A stretch of DNA of 64,000 nt. Source: Gemmatimonadales bacterium (GTDB lineage: Bacteria; Gemmatimonadota; Gemmatimonadetes; Gemmatimonadales; GWC2-71-9). Positions 39,764 through 48,711 of this stretch are shown here, one piece after another (the stretch's first letter is position 1; each line of letters starts with the position of its first letter). Location of the stretch: the NCBI GenBank assembly GCA_035280265.1, contig DATEGE010000031.1:3995-67994 (forward strand), given 5' to 3'. A program made the position numbers and the translations under genes. A model generated the notes under the pieces. It saw only the letters and a program-made list of their open reading frames with translations. It was not told the origin of the DNA and searched no databases.

Positions 39764-40416
39764 CCGCGCGCCTCCGCGACGCGGGTGACGAGCGCCCACG
39801 CCCTCGCCGTCAGCTCCGCGGTCCGATCCGGTTGGAGGAGCGCGGCGGTCACGAGCGCGCTCCCCACGCTCACCGCCGCGGCGCCGGCGCGGATCCAGTC
39901 GCCGGCGTTCTCGAGCGACACGCCGCCCGACGGCGCGAGCCGCAGGAAGGGCAGGGGAGCGAGCACGTCACGCACGTAGCCGGGACCGACCGCCGAGGCG
40001 GGGAACAGCTTCACGAGCTCCGCCCCGCCACGCCACGCCTCGACCAGCTCCGTCGGCGTGAACGCGCCCGGGATGCACGGGACGTCCCGGTCGCGGCACG
40101 CGCGCATCACGGCCAGGTCGAGGGTCGGGCTCACCACAAAGCGCGCCCCGGCGTCCATGACCGAACGGGCGGCGGACACGTCCAGCACCGTGCCCGCGCC
40201 CACCAGGCAGCCGAGCGCCTGGTCCGCCGCGAGGTCGGCGATCGTATCGATGGCGCCTGGCGTCGTCAGCGTTACCTCCACGGCTCGCACGCCTCCCGCG
40301 GCGAGCGCCCGGGCGACGCCGCGCAGCGGGTGACTCGCGGAGAGACGGACGACCGCGATCACGCCGCTCTCGAGCACCGGTCCTAAGCCGGGACGCGCTG
40401 CCGTCGTGGTCGACAT
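39760..40416 (-). CDS. eda: KDPG/KHG aldolase
   Basis: IAVVR, EVTLTTP, GAGTVL, FVVSP, PGAFTPTE, VKLFPA, PSGGV. Confidence 0.9.
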   Translation of the reverse strand: MSTTTAARPGLGPVLESGVIAVVRLSASHPLRGVARALAAGGVRAVEVTLTTPGAIDTIADLAADQALGCLVGAGTVLDVSAARSVMDAGARFVVSPTLDLAVMRACRDRDVPCIPGAFTPTELVEAWRGGAELVKLFPASAVGPGYVRDVLAPLPFLRLAPSGGVSLENAGDWIRAGAAAVSVGSALVTAALLQPDRTAELTARAWALVTRVAEARG

Positions 40417-40418
40417 GC

Positions 40419-41879
40419 TCAGGGCAGGCCGGAGGTCATGTGGTCGGGCGCTCGTTGCAACGCGGCGAGCGCCCCATCCACGCCGTCGCGCTCGAGCGTC
40501 AGCAGCCAGTAGCTCGTGGCGTCGAGAAACCCTGGGAGGCGCGCGAGACTCACGCCCCACAGCTCCGCGTCGGCAAGGGCGCGCGCGGCGAGTTCCTCCC
40601 ATGTGGTCACGGCGCGCCAATGGCGCTCGACCAGCGATCGATCGGCATCCTGTCCCCGGGCGCCCCCGGCACCCCCGAGGCGCGCCCACCGCAGGTACGC
40701 CGCGCACGCGAGGGAGAGTCCCCGCGGAACGGACGCGCGCTTGCGGTCAAATGCCACGATCGCCGGCACGATCCGCAGCCGCCACTTCGCCGTCTCATTC
40801 GTGGCGATCACCCGCCACTCGTGATCGAGCCAGGGGTTGCGAAACCGGTCGAGCACGTCACGCGCGAAGGCGAGCCCCGAGTCCCGGGGCACGTCGATCG
40901 CGGGCACGATCTCCTCGAACAGGATGTGCTGAAGGAACATGCTCAGCCGCGGGTGGTCGGTCGCCTCCCGCACCGTCCGTACGCCGGCCAGGAGCGCGAG
41001 TGGCGCCATCGCGGTGTGCGCACCGTTCAACAGTCGCAACTTGCGCTCCCGATAGAACGTGATGTCGGGCTGGAAGATCACCGACTCGGGTGACACGTCG
41101 ATCGGGAACGCCGGCCGCAGCGCCGCCGGATCCGCCTCGATCGCCCAGAGGAGGTGGGGCTCCGCGACGGTGAGGAGCGAGTCATGATAGCCGAGCTGGT
41201 GCTCGAGCGTCGCGAGCCCGGCTGGAGCAGGGGTGCCCGTCGTGATCCGGTCGACCAGCGAGGAGCAGAACCGCACCTGCCGCGCCAGCCACGCGCGGAA
41301 CTGCGGGCCGGGGTCGTGCTCGCGCGCCAGGCGCTCGACCATGGCAGCCAAGCGGGGTCCGTTCTCGTCGACCAGCTCGGTGGGGATCACGAACAGCGGA
41401 GGACCGTCGGGGAGGTGTGTGAAGCGGGTGTGCAGGAGATCCGTCAGGCGAGCGGGAAAAGTGCCCTCGGGGCGAAAGCCTGCCTCCGTCACGTTGCTCA
41501 CGATCACCCGCAGCTCGGGCCCGGCCGCCACGGCGCACACGGCGTCCCACTCCGCGTCCGCGACGAGCGCTCGGGAAATCGAGCCGATGAGCCGGGTGCG
41601 CTCGACCGGACGCCCGTGCTCGAGGCCACGCTCCACCAGCGTGAACAGACCATCCTGGGCGTTGATCGCACTCGCCCGGCCCCGGCCCTCGGGGGTGCTC
41701 TGCACGACGACGATGCGACCGCCGAAGGCGCCGGCGCGGTTCGCGGCATCCACCGCGGTCGCGCACACCGCGCGGAGCAGCATTCCGCTGCCGAATTGGA
41801 GCACGCGCTCCGGGAGCGCGGATCGTGGGTAGGCTTTGGTCGGCCAGCGCGTGTCGCTCAGGCGCTCGAGATCGCGCAT
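40419..41879 (-). CDS. tagaturonate reductase-like mannitol dehydrogenase family oxidoreductase (UxaB-like)
   Basis: ERVLQFG.G.LLRA, INAQDGLFTL, PTELVDENG, SLVDRI, YRERKLRLLNGAHT, RFRNPWLDH. Confidence 0.78.
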   Translation of the reverse strand: MRDLERLSDTRWPTKAYPRSALPERVLQFGSGMLLRAVCATAVDAANRAGAFGGRIVVVQSTPEGRGRASAINAQDGLFTLVERGLEHGRPVERTRLIGSISRALVADAEWDAVCAVAAGPELRVIVSNVTEAGFRPEGTFPARLTDLLHTRFTHLPDGPPLFVIPTELVDENGPRLAAMVERLAREHDPGPQFRAWLARQVRFCSSLVDRITTGTPAPAGLATLEHQLGYHDSLLTVAEPHLLWAIEADPAALRPAFPIDVSPESVIFQPDITFYRERKLRLLNGAHTAMAPLALLAGVRTVREATDHPRLSMFLQHILFEEIVPAIDVPRDSGLAFARDVLDRFRNPWLDHEWRVIATNETAKWRLRIVPAIVAFDRKRASVPRGLSLACAAYLRWARLGGAGGARGQDADRSLVERHWRAVTTWEELAARALADAELWGVSLARLPGFLDATSYWLLTLERDGVDGALAALQRAPDHMTSGLP

Positions 41880-41927
41880 GGCGACAAAGTGATCTCCAGG
41901 CGGGGAGCGCGCTACCTCCCCGTCCGA

Positions 41928-43784
41928 TTACAAGCGCGCGGGGGGCGTCAGCGGAGGCGCGATGACGGGCCCTTCCGGCTCCGGCGTGAAGTCCTCCCCG
42001 GGATTCACGAACAGGTCCTGCTCGAAGCGGTACTGCTTGTCGTACAACTGACGGTACCGGCCGTGCTTCGCCAGCAGCTCGGCGTGCGTGCCGCGCTCCA
42101 CGATCTCGCCGCCTTCCAGCACCAGGATCTGGTCCGCGCTGCGGATGGTCGACAGGCGGTGGGCGATCACGAACGTAGTGCGGCCACGGCGTAGCGTGCG
42201 CAGTCCGTCTTGAATCGCCGCCTCGCTTTCCGAGTCGAGGCTCGACGTCGCCTCGTCGAGGATGAGGATGCGCGGATCGGCGAGGATCGCCCGGGCGATG
42301 GAGACCCGCTGCCGCTCTCCCCCGGATAGCTTCACCCCGCGCTCGCCTACGATCGTGTCGTAGCCCTGCTCGAAGCGCCGCACGAACTCGTCGCAATGCG
42401 CGATGCGCGCCGCCTCCTGGATTTCCGCTCGGGTCGCGTGTGGCCGGGCGAACGCGATGTTCTCCGCGATCGTGCCGTCGAACAGAAAGTTGTCCTGCAG
42501 CACGACACCCAGCCGGTGGCGATAGTCGGCCAGCCGCAGCGTGGCGAGATCACGGCCGTCCACCACGATCCGGCCCGCCTTCGGCCGGTTGAACGTGAGC
42601 ACGAGGTTGATCAGCGTGCTCTTGCCCGCTCCCGACGACCCCACCAGGGCCGTGGTCGAGCCGGTGGGCGCGTGAAACGAGATGTGCTTCAGCACCTCTC
42701 GGCCGGCCACGTATTCGAAGCTCACGTCCTCGAACGCGACGTCCCCGGCCACGTCGAGGAGCGGCACGCGCTTCCCGTCCTCCGAATCTTCGGTGACGAG
42801 GCGACGGATCTCGCGGATGCGGTCCAGTCCCGCGAACGCCTCGGTGATCTGCGTGCCGATGGACGCGATGTTGATGAGCGGTAGCGCGACCAAGCCGATG
42901 AACACGCCGTACATGAAGAAGTCGCCCAGCGTCATCTGGCCCGAGAGAATGGCGTGCCCGCCCTCGAGGATCATCAGGATGCCGATGGCGCCGATGATGA
43001 GCGTCGCGAACGCGCCGACACCAGAGATCCCCGTCATGGTCGTGGCGATGTTGCGGAACAGGGCGTTCGCCCCGCGGGTGAACACCAGTCGCTCGCTCCG
43101 CTCCGCTCGGTAGGCCTTCACGATGCGGATGCCGCCCAGCGTCTCGCCCAGCCGGCCGGTGACGTCGGCGTTGAGCTTGCCGCGCTCCCGGAACAGCGGC
43201 CGCAGCTTGGCGAACGCGAACGCCATCCCCCCGCCGAAGCACCCCAGGATCAAGATCGCGAATACCGTCAGCCGCCAGTTGAGGTAGAACAGGACGCCCA
43301 GGGCGATCGCCGCGGTGACCAGTCCGCCCACGAGCTGCACCAGTCCCGTCCCCACCAGGTTTCGGATGCCTTCGGCATCGGTCATGATGCGCGAGATCAA
43401 AATCCCGCTCTTGGTCGAGTCGAAGTAGCTGATGGGGAGTCGCAACACGTAGGCCTGTACCATGCGCCGCATGTCGGTGATCGCGCGCTGCGCGGCGACG
43501 CCAAGCACTTGGGAGAGCCCGAAGCCGGTGATTGCCTGGAGCAGGGTGGCGCCCCCCGCGGCGAGGGCGAGGGGCATGAGCAGCTCTGGGTGATGCTGAT
43601 TGATCACCCGGTCGATCACCCACTTGGAGGAGGACGGCAGGACCAGGCCGGCGAGCCGATTGATGAGCATCAACGCCAGGCCCACCGCCAGCCGCCCGCG
43701 GTGCTGGTAGACGAGCGCCCGCGCCTCCTGCCAGGCGCCAGGGGTGATGGTCTTTTTGGGGGGTCGCGTGGAGGCGTCAGCCAT
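41928..43784 (-). CDS. ABC exporter, fused permease/ATPase
   Basis: 6-TM domain, GSSGAGKST, LSGGERQR, ILDEATSSLD. Confidence 0.93.
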   Translation of the reverse strand: MADASTRPPKKTITPGAWQEARALVYQHRGRLAVGLALMLINRLAGLVLPSSSKWVIDRVINQHHPELLMPLALAAGGATLLQAITGFGLSQVLGVAAQRAITDMRRMVQAYVLRLPISYFDSTKSGILISRIMTDAEGIRNLVGTGLVQLVGGLVTAAIALGVLFYLNWRLTVFAILILGCFGGGMAFAFAKLRPLFRERGKLNADVTGRLGETLGGIRIVKAYRAERSERLVFTRGANALFRNIATTMTGISGVGAFATLIIGAIGILMILEGGHAILSGQMTLGDFFMYGVFIGLVALPLINIASIGTQITEAFAGLDRIREIRRLVTEDSEDGKRVPLLDVAGDVAFEDVSFEYVAGREVLKHISFHAPTGSTTALVGSSGAGKSTLINLVLTFNRPKAGRIVVDGRDLATLRLADYRHRLGVVLQDNFLFDGTIAENIAFARPHATRAEIQEAARIAHCDEFVRRFEQGYDTIVGERGVKLSGGERQRVSIARAILADPRILILDEATSSLDSESEAAIQDGLRTLRRGRTTFVIAHRLSTIRSADQILVLEGGEIVERGTHAELLAKHGRYRQLYDKQYRFEQDLFVNPGEDFTPEPEGPVIAPPLTPPARL

Positions 43785-43821
43785 GCGTGTCCGGAATCTA
43801 GCAGCGCCCGGGCGGGAGAAG

Positions 43822-43840
43822 TACTTGACATAGTCAAGTA
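43822..43840. promoter_or_regulatory. palindromic operator (probable MarR site) overlapping TTGACA
   Basis: TACTTGAC-ATA-GTCAAGTA perfect 8-bp arms in the 74-bp divergent gap upstream of the MarR-GNAT gene. Confidence 0.7.
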
Positions 43841-43858
43841 TCTGGCAAGATTCCCCGC

Positions 43859-44788
43859 ATGGCGCCGCGCGGGCTGGAACAGCGGGTCGAAGCGGCGCGC
43901 CGGTTCAACCGGTTCTATACGCGGAAGATCGGCGTGCTGCACGCGGGGGCGTACGACAGCCCGTTCTCGCTGACCGCGGTGCGGGTGTTGTACGAGCTGG
44001 CACATCGCGATCGCCCCACGGCGACGGAGCTGGGCCGCGAGCTGGGGCTCGATGCCGGCTATCTGAGCCGCCTGCTCCGCGCCTTCGAGAAGCGTGGCCT
44101 GGTCTCGAAAACCCGCTCCACCACCGATGGTCGGCAGAGCCACCTCGCGCTCACCGCCCAGGGGCGCAAGGTGTTCGCGCCGCTCAATGCCCGCTCGCAC
44201 GACGATGTCGCCGCCATGCTGTCCGCCCTGTCCGCGAGCGAGCAGGACGACGTGATCGCTTCGATGCTGACGATCGAGCGGCTGCTGGGCGATCGTGAGC
44301 GGCCGGAACGATCGCTCCTGCTGCGGCCGCCGCAGCCGGGCGACCTGGGGTGGGTGGTGCAGCGGCACGGCGCGGTCTACGCCCAGGAGTACGGCTATAA
44401 CGCAGACTTCGAAGCACTCGTGGCCGGGATCGTGGCCCACTTCGTTCAGCACAACGACGTCAAGCGGGAGCGCTGCTGGATCTCGGAGCTGGACGGCGAG
44501 CTCGTCGGCTGTGCATTTCTCGTCAAGCAGTCGGCGACCGTCGCGAAGCTGCGTCTACTCCTGGTGGAGCCCGCGGCGCGCGGCGCGGGCCTCGGCACCC
44601 GCCTGGTCGATGAGTGCGTTCGCTTCGCCCGCCAGGCCGGCTACCGCAAGCTCACCCTGTGGACGCAGAGCGAGCTCACCGCGGCCCGGCGCCTCTACGA
44701 GAAGGCCGGCTTCCGGCTGACCCGCGAGGAGCGTCACCACAGCTTCGGGAAGGACCTGGTGGCCGAGACGTGGGACCTGGCGCTGTGA
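43859..44788 (+). CDS. bifunctional MarR HTH regulator / GNAT acetyltransferase
   Basis: RRFNRFYT, LDAGYLSR wHTH, then GDLGWVVQRHG..Y, LRLLLVEP..RG.GLG. Confidence 0.92.
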   Translation: MAPRGLEQRVEAARRFNRFYTRKIGVLHAGAYDSPFSLTAVRVLYELAHRDRPTATELGRELGLDAGYLSRLLRAFEKRGLVSKTRSTTDGRQSHLALTAQGRKVFAPLNARSHDDVAAMLSALSASEQDDVIASMLTIERLLGDRERPERSLLLRPPQPGDLGWVVQRHGAVYAQEYGYNADFEALVAGIVAHFVQHNDVKRERCWISELDGELVGCAFLVKQSATVAKLRLLLVEPAARGAGLGTRLVDECVRFARQAGYRKLTLWTQSELTAARRLYEKAGFRLTREERHHSFGKDLVAETWDLAL

Positions 44789-45540
44789 TCGAGTCCCGTC
44801 CCTTCAAGGATCACTTCTCCCAGATCGCCGTCGCGTATGCAGCGCATCGCCCGTCGTATCCGCAGGCGTTGGTCGATTTCCTGGCGCGACTCGCCCCGGC
44901 GCGACGCTGCGCGTGGGACGCGGGCTGCGGCTCGGGGCAGCTCACGGTGCTGCTCGCCCGTGCCTTCGAGCGCGTGATCGGGACCGACCCGAGCGCGGAG
45001 CAGATCGCCCAGGCCACCACGCACTCGCGGGTCGAGTACCACCGGGCGTCGGCGGAGGCCAGCGGACTCGCGGCCGGCGTCGTCGATTTGGCGACAGCGG
45101 CACAGGCAGCCCACTGGTTCGACCTCCCCGCCTACTGCGCCGAGGTGCGGCGTGTCGCGCGGCCCGGTGCGATCGTCGCCTTGATCAGTTACGGCGTCGT
45201 CGCGGCGGGCGCCGATCTGGACGACGTCATTCGACCGTTCTATCGCGATGTCCTGGGTCGATACTGGCCTCCCGAGCGGTGGCACGTCGACGACGGCTAC
45301 CGGTCTCTGCCGTTCCCGTTCGAGGAGCTCGACACTCCCGCGCTCGAAATTCGCTGCGAATGGCGCCTGGTGGAGCTGATCGGCTACATCGGGACTTGGT
45401 CGGCGGTCTGGGCTCTGGAGCGGGCGGCCGGGCCAGAGAGCTTCGCGACGTTTCGGCGAGACCTCGCGACCGCGTGGGGGCCGCCGGAGACGGTCCGTAC
45501 GGTCCGCTGGCCGCTGGCCCTGCGCGTGGGTCGCGTGTGA
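44785..45540 (+). CDS. class I SAM-dependent methyltransferase
   Basis: FKDHFS..A..YA.HRP.YP, WDAGCGSGQ, AQAAHWFD; GTGA overlap. Confidence 0.88.
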   Translation: MIESRPFKDHFSQIAVAYAAHRPSYPQALVDFLARLAPARRCAWDAGCGSGQLTVLLARAFERVIGTDPSAEQIAQATTHSRVEYHRASAEASGLAAGVVDLATAAQAAHWFDLPAYCAEVRRVARPGAIVALISYGVVAAGADLDDVIRPFYRDVLGRYWPPERWHVDDGYRSLPFPFEELDTPALEIRCEWRLVELIGYIGTWSAVWALERAAGPESFATFRRDLATAWGPPETVRTVRWPLALRVGRV

Positions 45541-45555
45541 TGGGGGCGGGGGCTG

Positions 45556-46125
45556 TTACTTGTGTGTCGCTCCCTTTGCCGAGTTGGCCTGGAACAGCGG
45601 CAGGTACTGCCCGTACCCCTCCTGCTCGAGCCGCTCCACCGGGATGAATCGCAGCGCCGCCGAGTTCATGCAGTAGCGCTGGCCCGTGGGCGCGGGTCCA
45701 TCGTCGAACACGTGGCCGAGGTGCGAGTCCGCGTGGGCGGAGCGGACCTCGGTGCGCACCATGAACAATGAGCGGTCGGTATGCTCGCGCACGTTATCCG
45801 GCTCCAGCGGCTTGGTGAAGCTGGGCCAGCCCGTGCCCGAGTCGTACTTGTCGAGCGAGCTGAACAGCGGCTCGCCTGAGACGACGTCGACGTAGATCCC
45901 GGGACGGTGGTTGTCCCAGTATTCGTTACGGAATGCCGGCTCGGTAGCCTCGTGCTGTGTCACCTCGTACTGCAAGGGGGAAAGAGAGCGCTGCAGCTCC
46001 GCGTCCCCCAGCTTCTTGAAATGCATCGGGTTCCATCCTTTCGCGCTCGTTTGCGCGAGTCCAGCGTGCGTGGCGCCGGCGAGGAGCAGCGCGGCGCAGG
46101 TCAGGCGAAGTAATGAGTGGCGCAT
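45556..46125 (-). CDS. msrB: peptide-methionine (R)-S-oxide reductase, with signal peptide
   Basis: [26 protein letters not shown]; N-terminal signal peptide. Confidence 0.92.
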   Translation of the reverse strand: MRHSLLRLTCAALLLAGATHAGLAQTSAKGWNPMHFKKLGDAELQRSLSPLQYEVTQHEATEPAFRNEYWDNHRPGIYVDVVSGEPLFSSLDKYDSGTGWPSFTKPLEPDNVREHTDRSLFMVRTEVRSAHADSHLGHVFDDGPAPTGQRYCMNSAALRFIPVERLEQEGYGQYLPLFQANSAKGATHK

Positions 46126-46226
46126 AAGCTCAATGTGTCGAGACGACCGGTGTGAGGGAAGGTAGGCTCCGCACAAGGTACGTCGCGAACCAGGGGGATG
46201 GATGTATTCGGAGAAGGGGAGGAGCC

Positions 46227-46733
46227 ATGGCTGACTTGGTCGCAGTGTTGGCGCTCGCGGTGTGCGGCCTCGCAGGACTGTTCCTCATCCCCCTCGGCCT
46301 GCCCGGGCTCTGGGTGATGGCGGCCGGCTACCTCACGTATGGTTGGCTGACGGCGTTTCGCTCCGTCACCGTGGCGACCATCGCGATCGTCGTGGGGTTG
46401 GCCTTCCTGGGCGAGATCGTCGACACCTGGCTGGGCTTTCGGTTTGCGCGCCGCTACGGGGGGTCGAGGCGTTCGGGGTGGGGGGCCCTTCTGGGTGGAT
46501 TGGTCGGGGCGGCGGTCGGCGTCCCCGTGCCGGTCGTGGGCAGCATCATCGGGGCCTTCGTGGGGTCGTTTGGCGGCGCGGCGCTCTTCGAGTACTCCTG
46601 GTCCCGTCGGGCGGACGTCGCGGTCGGGGCGGGTTGGGGTGCCGTGGTGGGGCGCGCCGCCGCGGCCGCGGCGAAGATCGCGCTCGGCGTCGTGATCGCC
46701 GTCGTCAGCCTGGTTGCGGTGCTTCGCCGGTGA
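46227..46733 (+). CDS. DUF456 family membrane protein
   Basis: [29 protein letters not shown]; GGAG RBS. Confidence 0.8.
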   Translation: MADLVAVLALAVCGLAGLFLIPLGLPGLWVMAAGYLTYGWLTAFRSVTVATIAIVVGLAFLGEIVDTWLGFRFARRYGGSRRSGWGALLGGLVGAAVGVPVPVVGSIIGAFVGSFGGAALFEYSWSRRADVAVGAGWGAVVGRAAAAAAKIALGVVIAVVSLVAVLRR

Positions 46734-47094
46734 GCGGCGATCGCGGCCCGATCGCCTGCCGGAACGCCACGAACACGGCCTCGGACCACCACTGACGGCA
46801 CTCCGCGATCTGTTCGAGCGCCTCCGCGGGTGTGAGGGGCGGCTCCTCGAATCGACCGGTGATCAGGGTGTCGTAAGCGTCCACGATGCCGACGACCTGG
46901 GCCGCGACCGGGATCTCGTCTCCCTTGAGGCCGTCGGGATAGCCGGTCCGATCGTAGCGCTCGTGATGCCAGCGGATGACCGCGAAGCGGTCGCCTCCGA
47001 GGGCGCTCGCAAACCACTGCTCTCTCGAGACAGCGATCAGGATGACGGGCGACAGCGTGAGGGTCGGGGCCACCGTGTGTCGGGCGGGCAACAA
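46705..47094 (-). pseudogene. HD-GYP C-terminal fragment (truncated gene or stand-alone mini-protein)
   Basis: IRWHHERYDRTGYPDGLKGDEIPVAAQVVGIVDAYD is present, but no upstream HD/HDIGK part; in-frame TAG at 47130-47128 precludes extension. Confidence 0.55.
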
Positions 47095-47312
47095 TCGGGC
47101 CGAGGAACGTTCACTGTGACCTGCTTGCTAACTCCAAGTTGCACAAAGTGATCAGGCCACGTCATCGGACCTTTGGCGATGTCCGCTGTTGCGTCCGCAC
47201 CGGGTGGCGCGTCGGTGGGGCACTCCCCTATTTGCCGCATTCCGGCCCGTCGGTGCCGCAAAAACGCCCTATCAGCGCCCGCCGACGCGTCATAACCTTA
47301 GGCGTCGCGTTC

Positions 47313-48464
47313 GTGTCTTCCCTTCTGTTGGAGATCGCTACGGCTCCGGATTCGGTGCAACAGCGTCGCAGCGAGGTGCTCCGTCAGGCGAGCATCGCCC
47401 TGCAGGGGCGTACGGTTACGCTGTGGGAGGTCTCTGCCAAGGCGGAGGTGACGCCCGTTCTCGCGAGCGTCCTCAACCCGAGTGCCACGGACACGGCCCT
47501 CGACGTCGATACCACACTGCACTATTGGGGCGCTCCCATCATCCAGGGCAGTAGTTGGGTGGGCTGCCGTCTCAACGATGGTGGGGCCTGGTGTGTCGCC
47601 CCGGTGCGGAAGCAACCCGCGGCACCGCCTCCCGGAGGCGTGGAGCGGCGCAGCCGCGAGCGCATCACGCTCGAGCTGGCGGGTCTGTGTCTCGGCCTCG
47701 TGGACCAACCCCAGGCAGCGCCCCGGCCACGCTTGCCAGAGTCCGACGCCCTCGCCGAGCTGGTGCGGCAGCCGAGCGTGATCGCCCACGAAGTCGCCAA
47801 TCCGCTGACCGCCGCGCTCGCGGGCCTCGATCTCGCGGTGGATCTAGTGCGCTCGACGGAGACACTGGAATCCGCCTTCAGGGAGGAGCTGCTCGAGGAG
47901 TTGGCGGGCGTGGGGGAGGGAATGGATCAGGCGATCGCGTTCCTGCGCTCCGTGCAGGATCGCGCCCGGGGGGGACTGGCACGCTCCGAGCGATTCGATG
48001 CGGGTCAGGTCGTCCGGTCCTGCGTGGCCCTTGAGCGGCCCTTGGCCCTGAAGCGCGCCATCGCGCTGCAAGGGGTCATCGCCGTGAGCGGCGTGTTCCT
48101 CCAGGGGGATCCCAACGCCCTGTATCAGGTGCTCACCAACCTGATTCGTAATGCCGTCGCGGCCTCCCAGGAGCGTCGCACCCCCGTGGTGGTCACCATG
48201 GGGCAGGTGGACGATACCTTGCGCGTGGCCGTGCAGGACAACGGCGTCGGCATCGCCGCCGAGCATCTCGACCGAATTTTTGAACCGGGGTTCACCACTC
48301 AGGAGTTCGGCTCGGGTTCCGGCACCGGTTTGACCGTGGTGCGCCAGATTACGGAGGGGATGTTCGGCGGCCGGGTCGAGGTGGCGTCCACGGTGCGTCG
48401 TGGCACCACGTTCAAGCTGATCCTACCGATCCCCCCACAGCGCACGCCGCGCGAACGCCGATAA
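47313..48464 (+). CDS. cytoplasmic sensor histidine kinase
   Basis: HEVANPL H-box, QVLTNLIRNA, DNGVGI, IFEPGFTT, GTGLTVV; start uncertain (47139-47313). Confidence 0.85.
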   Translation: MSSLLLEIATAPDSVQQRRSEVLRQASIALQGRTVTLWEVSAKAEVTPVLASVLNPSATDTALDVDTTLHYWGAPIIQGSSWVGCRLNDGGAWCVAPVRKQPAAPPPGGVERRSRERITLELAGLCLGLVDQPQAAPRPRLPESDALAELVRQPSVIAHEVANPLTAALAGLDLAVDLVRSTETLESAFREELLEELAGVGEGMDQAIAFLRSVQDRARGGLARSERFDAGQVVRSCVALERPLALKRAIALQGVIAVSGVFLQGDPNALYQVLTNLIRNAVAASQERRTPVVVTMGQVDDTLRVAVQDNGVGIAAEHLDRIFEPGFTTQEFGSGSGTGLTVVRQITEGMFGGRVEVASTVRRGTTFKLILPIPPQRTPRERR

Positions 48465-48657
48465 GGCGTCCGGGAGGCTGCCGCCCGTCCACGGCCGCCT
48501 TGTTCTGCGTCCCGCTCCCCCGCACCCGCCCCTTCATGTATTGCTCTCCGTCGCGCCCGTCGCATATAGTGTGCGTCCTCCACCCGCCCAAACCCCCGGC
48601 GAGTGAGCCGGCGCACCCTTGCCGCAGGAGTGGGATCGTGAATCTTGCTGTGGTGCG

Positions 48658-48711
48658 GCGGAAAGACTCCGTATGACCGACTGGGCGGAAAGACTCCGTA
48701 CGACCGACTGG
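48658..48711 (+). repeat. 2 x 27-bp tandem duplication
   Basis: GCGGAAAGACTCCGTA(T/C)GACCGACTGG twice, 1 mismatch. Confidence 0.85.

Noticed and set aside
45556-46125. MsrB as a second selenoprotein
   Set aside because: The catalytic residue is a TGC Cys and there is no in-frame UGA.
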